64,000 nucleotides of DNA, from IMG/VR virus record IMGVR_UViG_2706796244_000001, positions 9,883 to 73,882 of that record; one strand, written 5' to 3'. This DNA comes from a virus (taxonomy: Duplodnaviria > Caudoviricetes). Shown here piece by piece: positions 35,201 through 42,121 of this stretch (position 1 is its first letter; each line of letters starts with the position of its first letter). The notes below the pieces were generated by a model. It saw nothing but the letters and a program-made list of their open reading frames with translations, was not told the DNA's origin and did not search any database. The position numbers were made by a program, and so were the translations under genes.

Positions 35201-38200
35201 AGCCAGGTCGGAAAGCATCTTGCCCAGCTGCTCGCGCATCACCTCACGAGACACGTTGTGCACCTTGATGCCAAGGCCTTGGGCCAGACCCAGGCGGAAC
35301 AGATCCATCTGCTCGCCATCCTTGCTCAGGTCCAGGGTGCTCCAGGTGGGCAGCAGCATTTCGCGGATCAGCTTGTTGGACTGCGGGTTGTGCTTGCCCA
35401 GCATCTGCATGCGGTTCACGCGGGTGAAGTTGTAGGCGAAGCGCACAGGCACTTCAGTGATCGGGCGACCACCAGCCACAGCTTCGAGCTCAGCCAGCAT
35501 GGTCTCCATGTGGTCGAGACCTGCCACCACGGAACGGTTCTTCCCTTCCTGGCTCTGGTAGTGGGTTTCGTTCGTGGTCTCGGGATCGATGTTGCCGTGG
35601 CCAAACAGCTCCAGCACGCCATCAGTGCCCAAGGCACGGTACACGTTCACCATGTCCTGGTCCACGAAGTAGGCCGTGGCCTGGTCATGCTCCAGGGCCT
35701 TCTTCTGGTCAGCGGTCAGCTTCACCGAAGGATTGCGCAGCTGGCTGGTGGCCACCGGGGGCACAGCAGTGTCGAAGAAGAACTGCTCAGGCGGGTCGGT
35801 CAGCACGGCATGGTCGATGGCGCCGGAGAACTCACGCTTCACGTCATCCTTGTCCATGCCCTTGGGCACGAAACGGTAGAGAGTGCGGTAGGCGTCCGTG
35901 CTCTTGGTGTCGGCAGGCAGCACCATGCCATCGGAGTTGATGTGCGTGACCTTCTGCTCAACCAGACCTTGGGCCACCATGGCACGCAGGAGCTCGGCAC
36001 CGATGGCCATGGGGATACCTTCGGTGTAACCCTGGGCAATGTCCTTGCCGGCAGGCACCACACCCCAGTAGTCAGCGACCTTCTGGCCCAGGCTACGGAT
36101 GGCCTCACGCATGCTCATGCCCTCGTCCAGGATATCCACGAGGTGATCCACCTGGTCCATGGGCAGGCCGGTCATGGCAGCCACGTCAGCAGCATCAACA
36201 TGCGTGCCCATGGAGTCGGCAGTCAGCAACCACTGTGCGCCAGCCAGGCCGGCAGCTTCCACCAGAGCAGGCTGATAGAACAGGTTGCCATCGGCATCTT
36301 GCGCCAGGGCGTTGAAAGCCTTGCCTTCAGTCCAGCGCTGGGGATCAGTCAGCTTACTGTCCAGCACCTTCTGCTGGACAGTAATGCCCTTGCTATCTTT
36401 CTGGGCCAGCTTGGCAGCCATCTGCTCTTCCAGCTGGGCCACCAGACCACCAGCAGTGTCCACGGTGTAGTCGCGGAATGCCTTGGCCAGATCGCCGCTG
36501 AAGTCTCGGGTCATGGCCTTGCCGGTGAACTGCGCCAGCTTGGAACCAGAAGAGAAAGCACCCAGCACCGAGGCAATGGGGTTCTCTTCGCCGATCAGAC
36601 GAGACTTGGCTTCGGCGGGCAGCTTGAAGGCCTTCTCCAGCCAGTTGGTCTTGGAGACGCCCATTTTGATCAGGCCCGGGAAAGCAGCAGCAATAGGAGA
36701 GACAGGCTCAGCAGCCACGGCAGGAGCTTCTTCAGCGACGGCTTCAGCTCGCTCCACAGTAGGCACAGGGTCAGCAGCAGGCTCTCGAACTTCGGGAGTC
36801 GATTGGGTTTCTTCATTCTGTTTCACTTCCTCACGAACTGGTTGGCGTGCCCCCGTATCATCCGTGGTAGGCGCTGCGTCCACCTTGGATGCGGCTTCTT
36901 CAACCACCGGCTTCGCGGCAGGTTGCTTCTTGGCAGCGGACTGGCTACGAACGTAGGCTTCACGCAGGTTCCGGGGAGTGTCCGCCAGCAGGGCCGGATT
37001 CAATTCCACAGGAACCTTATGCGCAACACCAAGCTCACTGAACGCACCCGCCAGGCCATTGAAGATATCCGTCAGGGCCTGAGTTTCAAACCCAACCTGC
37101 TGAGCAAGCTCGATGCTTTTCTCTTGCAGGAGATTGACGTACATCGGCTTCTTGGCTTCCCGCAGCGAACGGTTCGGCATCAGTGCCATGTAGGGGACAC
37201 CATCAGCGTTTGGGTTCCCCGCAGCGAAGTGTTCGTTCAGGGCGGTGACTTTGCGGCCCATGTGATCGACAAAAGCCCCGAAGTCGTTAAGACGCTCCCG
37301 GGCAAGGTCGAAGTTTCCTGCACGCATCGCCGATGCAATGCCGCGAGCATGCTGTACCGCCGACTGCTCGCCAGCGCCCGTGCGGCTATCGTCCGTCTTA
37401 ATCTGCTTTGAAACGATGTCAATCTTGCGGTTGTGGCCGGCAGCTTCAACCTGGGCATCGTATGCCTTGGCTGCTTCCACGACCGACTGGGCAACCTTCA
37501 GCGACTGATACTGTGCATTGGTCAGCGCAATCTCACCAGACTCGGCCTGCTTCAGCACAGCAGCGACTGTAGCAGCCGGCATTTTCTCAGGTGCCACCTG
37601 AGCCACCAGCACAGCAGCCTGAACCTGCTCAGGCGTGGCAGCCACACCCTCAACAACAGGTGCAGCCTCCATCTGGGCAACCACCTTCGGCAGCAGCTTA
37701 CGTTCCACGAAATCGTAGGCCTGCTTCACCTTGGGGGTGTTGTCCATGTTCGCCAGCACACGGTCAAACTGCTGGAGTGCAGCCACCGACTCAGGGCTGC
37801 CCATGGCGGCACGGATGTTGTCCTCGTTGGCGTTCTCTTGCAGGGCCGTGATCGGCTCGACCTGCATGTACAAGGCATAGGCCATGGCCACCTGGTCCTG
37901 CACATTGTCCGAGGCGGCAATGGAACTGGACAGGCGCTGGATGGCATCAGCCCGGGAGGTCGAACCTTCCAGGGCAGCAGCGACGACAGGGGTGATTCCC
38001 TCTTGGTTCACGAACTCGGGGTCGTAGGCCACCGTGGAGGCAATGTCCTGCACGTACTGGTGGACCTGGGCCTTCACTTCGGGGGCAGCATCAGAAGCGT
38101 CCACAGCGGCAGCCATGGTCTCGACAGCGGCCGGTGCAGCCTGTACAGCAGCTTCAGCGGCAGCAGCTACCTTGTCGTCGGCGATGGGGCTGGCCTTGGC

Positions 38201-39466
38201 ATTGCGATTGCGAATCTTCTCTGCACGGGCAGCTACGGTATCGTTCACGGCAGCAGCACCGGCCATCAGGCTCTTGCCTCCACGGATCACTGCACCGCCT
38301 GCCAGGCTGGGGGTCTGCATGGTGCCGGCTGCCAGGGAGCCCAGCAGTGCACCTTCACCCGTCTGCTCGCCAACACCCTCCAGCAGATCTTGGCGGTTGT
38401 CCGCCAGGGACTTACCCACGTTGCCTGCAATGGCGCCGGAAGCGGACTGAGCACCTTCCTCAAGGAACTCACGGCCCACGTTGGCCAGGGCCTCACGGCT
38501 TGGAACCACGGAAAGAGGATTGCCCTCGAACTTGGAGACCAGCTTGCCAGTTGCCGCGGCAATCGGAGCTTGGATGGCACCAGAGACCTGGGCAGCTTGC
38601 CAGGCCAGTGCACGCTTGGCACGGTCGGGGGTCAGGCCTTGATCCACCAGAGCACGGAAGTGCTCGGAATTCTTGGCCAGATCATCGGTGCTCATCTTCA
38701 TGATCTCGTTGGCCGTGCCAACGAATGCGCCGCCGCCTTCCATGGCGCCGATACCAAGAGCCACACGGCCACCAGTGGCGAGTGCGGCAGTCGGGGCAGC
38801 AACGATAGAGCCCACGGCTTGACCAACACCGGCAGCAGCCAGGGCCGAGTCATCGGTCAGGCCTGCCATACCATCCAGAACACCCTGGCCGATACGCTTC
38901 AGGTTGCCGATGGTCGTGCCATCGTTGGCATTGTCGGCATCACGCTTACGCAGGGCAGCACGGACAGTGCCGGCAGCCTTGCGCTCATTCATATTGGTCG
39001 TGTTCAGGGTGTCGAGTGCCTTATTGGCCTCATCCACCTTGGCAGCCATGGCCAGCCCTGCATCCTTGTCGAACCAGCTGGTGCCCCAAGCGGTCATGCC
39101 GCCCAGAGCATTGACAGTGCCTCGGCCAATTTCAGTCACCAGATCCGCAGCCATGTCTTCGCCGGTAGCGAAGCCACGTTGGGAGTTGGTGTAATCCACC
39201 AGGGCATTGGCCTGGTCGGCAATGGCGTTGGGCGCAGTACGGCCCATGGCAGAAGAGATCTGCGCAGGATCGCCAGTGGCAAGGAGATTTTCAGCGGGAG
39301 TTGCGGATGCTGCACCCAGTCCAGTGAGGCGCTGGACAGCCGGGAGAATACCGGCAGCGTTGGCGTCCAAACGTGCTTGCTTGTCAGCGGCGGCGCTGGA
39401 TACCGCATCCGTCTTGGATTGCGTCCCGAAGGCTGCACGCTGGAGCATATCAAGGTAGTTGGCCAT
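29225..39466 (-). CDS. Virion-encapsidated RNA polymerase (N4 gp50-like), 3413 aa
   Basis: Motifs A EADGVTNG, B RGIAKNPLTITIYG and C KIFDG. I saw no Cys in the translation. Size and synteny match. Confidence 0.97.
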   Translation of the reverse strand: MANYLDMLQRAAFGTQSKTDAVSSAAADKQARLDANAAGILPAVQRLTGLGAASATPAENLLATGDPAQISSAMGRTAPNAIADQANALVDYTNSQRGFATGEDMAADLVTEIGRGTVNALGGMTAWGTSWFDKDAGLAMAAKVDEANKALDTLNTTNMNERKAAGTVRAALRKRDADNANDGTTIGNLKRIGQGVLDGMAGLTDDSALAAAGVGQAVGSIVAAPTAALATGGRVALGIGAMEGGGAFVGTANEIMKMSTDDLAKNSEHFRALVDQGLTPDRAKRALAWQAAQVSGAIQAPIAAATGKLVSKFEGNPLSVVPSREALANVGREFLEEGAQSASGAIAGNVGKSLADNRQDLLEGVGEQTGEGALLGSLAAGTMQTPSLAGGAVIRGGKSLMAGAAAVNDTVAARAEKIRNRNAKASPIADDKVAAAAEAAVQAAPAAVETMAAAVDASDAAPEVKAQVHQYVQDIASTVAYDPEFVNQEGITPVVAAALEGSTSRADAIQRLSSSIAASDNVQDQVAMAYALYMQVEPITALQENANEDNIRAAMGSPESVAALQQFDRVLANMDNTPKVKQAYDFVERKLLPKVVAQMEAAPVVEGVAATPEQVQAAVLVAQVAPEKMPAATVAAVLKQAESGEIALTNAQYQSLKVAQSVVEAAKAYDAQVEAAGHNRKIDIVSKQIKTDDSRTGAGEQSAVQHARGIASAMRAGNFDLARERLNDFGAFVDHMGRKVTALNEHFAAGNPNADGVPYMALMPNRSLREAKKPMYVNLLQEKSIELAQQVGFETQALTDIFNGLAGAFSELGVAHKVPVELNPALLADTPRNLREAYVRSQSAAKKQPAAKPVVEEAASKVDAAPTTDDTGARQPVREEVKQNEETQSTPEVREPAADPVPTVERAEAVAEEAPAVAAEPVSPIAAAFPGLIKMGVSKTNWLEKAFKLPAEAKSRLIGEENPIASVLGAFSSGSKLAQFTGKAMTRDFSGDLAKAFRDYTVDTAGGLVAQLEEQMAAKLAQKDSKGITVQQKVLDSKLTDPQRWTEGKAFNALAQDADGNLFYQPALVEAAGLAGAQWLLTADSMGTHVDAADVAAMTGLPMDQVDHLVDILDEGMSMREAIRSLGQKVADYWGVVPAGKDIAQGYTEGIPMAIGAELLRAMVAQGLVEQKVTHINSDGMVLPADTKSTDAYRTLYRFVPKGMDKDDVKREFSGAIDHAVLTDPPEQFFFDTAVPPVATSQLRNPSVKLTADQKKALEHDQATAYFVDQDMVNVYRALGTDGVLELFGHGNIDPETTNETHYQSQEGKNRSVVAGLDHMETMLAELEAVAGGRPITEVPVRFAYNFTRVNRMQMLGKHNPQSNKLIREMLLPTWSTLDLSKDGEQMDLFRLGLAQGLGIKVHNVSREVMREQLGKMLSDLAPSTEILRDVLAGGRLTPEQIQELKSNFKAAGADLTNVGFHALVDWARLQMADDKSAFRTGVYVEADGVTNGPINAMALMTSGLFTEGWVKNIGKGGMFFGTAEKTMNQHRSNDDSVDMYEASTHELTRNLATLRSELSSAPEVAEQLSQLESLMELFLKDLTFKDGALQMKRGIAKNPLTITIYGSGARGIAGKLVSNVMDEVYEKMSAMLQAQAKNPGLDSARAMFGDNADAEAKYDRFWAGMHALLTKKAVYSKKKGQWMLLDTESSLPATFDPKTFKLDGPSISALTDNMLNLFVGPMVQAINTTVGEGVMSSVAYLRDATQIQSLILEDAFARKVDEMMAEEAKKPEYRKGDFLSREQLDEALQAVLPLAPFVSLDGKQTYFIAGSQNSPVTNTSIAAALDGTFEIEASAPGPANAGVAGIPFMTIGSGDGMLMQDLSTMPGAPGDNLKIFDGVNFRLDHLMDNSRMANQAVYASWQRNPLAAVQKSFAVTLEKLDLVSMRPEGLKKLAEAVLGKKQAEAGFTVDQLEEEIRLLGDGLSAVADSAEARHRVLSRVAMSVDQMAAAGAPFHNQGSVVLDGSPKEIASQLNALLAEEQATMRKAKARVKPAKEAAAGQSALDAIGNAGRALKSGVRELSPTALNQVGKALAMSPEQAELYGEAMRGKHLAGWKVVFGTEEQLNAYAIEKGMPAGLNAGDRGVTLPGVKTILLASPTVETLVHEIVHAATYEKVLAAEMAPELNDAATNQAVQRIKALREQFLNGDFSSAAAAAGPVALRSFMDAKAAVLGALRNRELGADERQAIATNEFMAWTLANTYLVSTAKAVAASPLVRLAQAAVAALKKLVWGRAKAATAPGSDVASNLLFNTMVVMRGQMAVSDAVADTALAQNQAYGDDTRLDTINRGFAQALQRLEAIAPTAVNPKINQALKTAADASLVVAGQGFVMSAQQMTTFRNMVAAMASQAKLDPNSMAEADALYQHVLKNLEPEHFMADPDSRDPGAYYNAKRKYDAVVGNTREVKDALGRETLMPVFLALAVTSPEMREALAKLPLPKAAKGTDGTLNTMLRNAGEDAMFRLGRAVGGVKGNTLSDIADSLSLHAAEVAQERANFLSTAASAAGGVIDTVNDKMVEGLQALSDASLAAGEKLAQGNIVEKTGASILRGVAALTSEKNGKAVAEGIMGMANAANLWKPAFDLLNDLSGRTSSNAAVYDLIKLVRSTVQQTRQQFREEVPAIIRGKFSRDLTATEWADLHQGLGKTDIAALAQATSVEEARRLAADPKARAAAIKAAEAEVKSIDGAGAAKRIEKAKQLAAYMMGAKAGARLLRNASAIWDLAVANPKLMGNADGIAAIDKLVSLYALDSLPATNSTSLLVQQEAEGIDFAISYLMGQRVEEERKAAQYPMAKYNALKGELPSPAQAGVSLVVADDAEFASLAERSYTRVADFVGSDLDRGARSRGYYFAPVSAKAAFAQGIMQNVRMTAGGVDALNGFSQGMTGGRITDPQKVKDLAKWLDRDTGAGSLIPVYDELGKVVALERAVDPAQLALLNQEKNLASAIGQWRGRQVEEVQGTAFNEVLVDRLADMWERDLADGKKDQYVNLAGPVKDPVLRDAVNLLNKAQVAQIEARFGEGEFWVRKDMLDDAMGYRAASIGDAWTGNTRWSEATQKRVTDIATAVFGNDAYRYMVNSEQVLKNFVADAKTIIVVKSMIVPWANMISNVYQLISRGVPIGNIVRGVPKKMAEVKAYTDGRSEVIRLEADLLAARGNPSKELVLNNRIKAIKDGWTRLSIFPLVQAGEFAAISDAALGVEERMLSEGRLHSYVEALTDRLPESMKTAGKYALITKDTALFQGLQKAVDFGDFLAKAIIFDDLTQRKKMSAEDALARVTEEFVNYDRLPGRTRGYAESVGLLWFYNFKIRISKIALSTLRNNPLHALLAGTIPQPSDVGLPLEDNLFTAMAEGRLGNSIGPGMGMRAPTLNPFMALVS

Positions 39467-39491
39467 GGAGGTTCCTAGAGATATGATGAAC

Positions 39492-39507
39492 TAACACCGG
39501 GAGTGTA
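39492..39507 (-). promoter_or_regulatory. Candidate late promoter (TACACTCCCGGTGTTA on the - strand)
   Basis: -10-like TACACT 36 nt upstream of the vRNAP ATG. Near-identical copy at 63343-63358. Confidence 0.5.
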
Positions 39508-39514
39508 CCCGGAA

Positions 39515-39541
39515 TTGAAAAGAGCCCCGAAGGGCTCTTTC
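39515..39541 (-). terminator. Rho-independent terminator after gp51-like gene
   Basis: - strand AAAGAGCCC-TTCG-GGGCTCTTT followed by TCAATT. Confidence 0.85.
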
Positions 39542-39553
39542 TATTGTGCCAGC

Positions 39554-41692
39554 TTACCGGCTGAACAGCGCTGCCAGTCGGCGTGCTTTCTGGACCTGCC
39601 GCTCTGCTTGCGCATAGGCCTGAGTGCCGGGAGTGGCATTTGCCAGGGCAGCCTCGGCACGGCGAAGGTCAGCAGCTGCACGGCCACCGGCAGAGTCGGC
39701 ATCAGCCTGGGCTTGCGCCTGCTGCTCCACGGATGGGCCGCCAGATGCCTCAATGGCAGCAGGCTCCATACCACGGTTGCCTGCATTCTGGTAGCGGGGG
39801 CGGAGGTTCGTGCTGCGCTCCTGAGCATCCAGTGCACTGGCCAGAGCTTGCTCTGCCTTGGTGACGTTGGCTTGCAGCGGAGCCAGGCCGGAAGCAGCGC
39901 CCGGGCGGCCCTTCACACGTTCCTTGCCGGCAGCCAGTTCGGCCTCTGCATCCTTCAGCGCCTTCTGTGCCGAGCTCACCGTCTTGCCTGCATCCTGCAC
40001 CAGGTCACGGTTGGCGTCGATCACGGCTTGACCACCGGAGTTCACCAGCGCACCCAGAGCGTCGAGCTCCTTCATGTTCACCATGTCCCGGATGTTGGGG
40101 GAACTCAGCCACTGGAAGGGCTTCCAGCGGTCATCGCCCACACCAGCACGCTGGATGATGGCAGCGGCCACGGACGGCTGCACCTTGTACTTGGTGCCGA
40201 CTTCAGCAATCAGCTGAGCCATATCCGAAGACTTGGCGCCAGAGAATGCACCTTCCTTGCCGGTCATCTTCTGGGCCAGCTCCATGCGGCTGGACTGATC
40301 CTTCTCGATTTCCGACAGGTTGGGAATACCGGCTGCTGCCATCTGCGCATCACGGCTGGCGATGGAACGGCCAGCCCAAGTGCCGGCCATCTGCATTTGG
40401 GCGTTTGTGCGTTGGCCGCCATCAGCAGCTGCTTGCTCAGCATTCGGAGGCACATCGGAAGACTCCCGACCGGCACGGCCCATGATGTTGGGCACGTACT
40501 TCTGGGTTTCCTGGGGCAGAGCCTTGAGCCATGCACCCGTGTCCTTGGAACCTGCGGTGGCAGCAATGGCCTTGTCCACCCGGCCAGGGCCAGCGTTGTA
40601 GGCGGCCAGAGCCTTCTCTTCGTCGCCGCCGTACTTGTTGAGCATGCTCGTGAAGTAGGCCTGGCCCAGAGCTTTGTTGTAGGCAGGGTCGGTCTTGTAG
40701 CGGTTCTCGTCCCAGGGCAGGCCAGCCATACGAGCAGCTTCGGGAGCAGTGTCAGGCATGACCTGGGCCACTCCGATTGCACCCTTCGAGCTGGTCTTGA
40801 CGGAGCCATCGGCGTTGAACTGCTGGCCGCCAGATTCCTGGAACAGGAGCGAGTCCATCAGCTGGTTGATACGGGCTGCACTGCCAGCCGGCGCTGCGAC
40901 GGCACCACCTGCTTTACCCTTGGTTCCACCTGCGGTGCCCGAACCAGAGGAAGAAGTACCGGCAGGGGCTTGCCCCCACTGGTCCAATCCTGCCTGCTTC
41001 AGCATCTGCATCTTTTGCTGGGGAGTTGCCTTCGGGTCATTGATGATTCGGGCAGCAGTCTCGGCAGGGCCAAAGTCATTGGCCAGGGCATCAGCACCGA
41101 ACTGCGCAACTGCCGCGGCATCTGCCAGCTGTTGGCTACGGCCACCGGATGCCTGAGCAGCAGCGACGTTCGACTGGTTGCCAGAGAGGATGCCCTGCAG
41201 CTTGTCGGCGGGGATACCGTTGAAGGCGCCTGCCTTATAGGCCTCGGCCTGAGCCTGCTGATACGCCGGGTAATTGCCGGAGGCGGCAGCCTGCTGCATG
41301 GCCTGGATGTACGGGCTTGCCGCGTCCAGCGCCTGATCGGTACGGACGGTGCGGCCCATGTCATAGGCACCCTTTTGCACAGCCTGGGCGATCTGCGTCT
41401 GGCGCATACCGTTCAGCTGATTTTCTTGGATCTGCTTCAGGGTGCCCATGTTCAGGGTCGAAGGATCGACACCGCGCATCATGGCTTCAGCAGCCGCAGG
41501 GTCACGGCGAGCCATGTCGTTGAGCATGGCCGAAGTGCCAGCCTGGTCAGCCTGATTCTGGCGCCAGCCAGCAATGGCGTTCTGTCCGGCTTGCGCTGCA
41601 TTGTTGAGCAGCGTGCCGAAGGTGGAGAGTGCGGAGGCGCTGCCCGAGAAATTCGGTGCAGACACCTCACGCCAGGTGAGGGGTCCAGCCAT
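39554..41692 (-). CDS. Ejection protein with a lytic transglycosylase (SLT) domain (N4 gp51 position)
   Basis: QESGG...GAIGVAQVMP...ALAAYNAGPG SLT motifs. Cys-free and Ala/Gln-rich. Confidence 0.87.
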   Translation of the reverse strand: MAGPLTWREVSAPNFSGSASALSTFGTLLNNAAQAGQNAIAGWRQNQADQAGTSAMLNDMARRDPAAAEAMMRGVDPSTLNMGTLKQIQENQLNGMRQTQIAQAVQKGAYDMGRTVRTDQALDAASPYIQAMQQAAASGNYPAYQQAQAEAYKAGAFNGIPADKLQGILSGNQSNVAAAQASGGRSQQLADAAAVAQFGADALANDFGPAETAARIINDPKATPQQKMQMLKQAGLDQWGQAPAGTSSSGSGTAGGTKGKAGGAVAAPAGSAARINQLMDSLLFQESGGQQFNADGSVKTSSKGAIGVAQVMPDTAPEAARMAGLPWDENRYKTDPAYNKALGQAYFTSMLNKYGGDEEKALAAYNAGPGRVDKAIAATAGSKDTGAWLKALPQETQKYVPNIMGRAGRESSDVPPNAEQAAADGGQRTNAQMQMAGTWAGRSIASRDAQMAAAGIPNLSEIEKDQSSRMELAQKMTGKEGAFSGAKSSDMAQLIAEVGTKYKVQPSVAAAIIQRAGVGDDRWKPFQWLSSPNIRDMVNMKELDALGALVNSGGQAVIDANRDLVQDAGKTVSSAQKALKDAEAELAAGKERVKGRPGAASGLAPLQANVTKAEQALASALDAQERSTNLRPRYQNAGNRGMEPAAIEASGGPSVEQQAQAQADADSAGGRAAADLRRAEAALANATPGTQAYAQAERQVQKARRLAALFSR

Positions 41693-41701
41693 TGTTGCTC
41701 C

Positions 41702-42109
41702 TTACCGCGTCAGGCGGTTCTTTTCGACGTAGGCATCAGCACTGGCCTGATCACGGCCCTCAGTGAATGCACGAGCACGGGCACGATCTTCCAGTGCCGT
41801 GTTGTAGCTCTTCAGCTGAGCGCCCAGATTGGTCTCGGTGACACCCTTCTGGAAGTTGAACTGGTCACGAGCCAGCTTATTCGCCTGGAAGGCACCGTAC
41901 AGGCCACCCAGGGATTGCAGCATACCCATGCCGAACTGTGCCGTGGGCATGTTGAAGCCGAAGCCCTGGGGTGCCTGTGGCTGATACTGGCTGGGTGCGT
42001 AGCCCGGCATCTGGATGCCTTGGGCACCACCCATCATGGGCAGGCCAGCAGCACCAGGCATTTGCAGGCCGTAGTTGGCCATGGAAGAAAAGTCGTATGG
42101 GCTGGCCAT
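41702..42109 (-). CDS. Small virion/ejection protein (N4 gp52-like)
   Basis: Gly/Gln-rich. LGGLYG.FQANKLARDQFNFQK...YNTALEDR.R. Synteny. Confidence 0.8.
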   Translation of the reverse strand: MASPYDFSSMANYGLQMPGAAGLPMMGGAQGIQMPGYAPSQYQPQAPQGFGFNMPTAQFGMGMLQSLGGLYGAFQANKLARDQFNFQKGVTETNLGAQLKSYNTALEDRARARAFTEGRDQASADAYVEKNRLTR

Positions 42110-42121
42110 GGGCCACCTCCT

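Noticed and set aside
31430-37411. 1993-aa ORF on the + strand (also 29168-31099, 37433-39478, 39503-44083, 44135-45874, 59745-61250)
   Set aside because: Antisense shadows of highly biased - strand genes. They have no RBS or recognisable motifs and show the G/H/Q/L/V-rich composition typical of reverse-complement frames.
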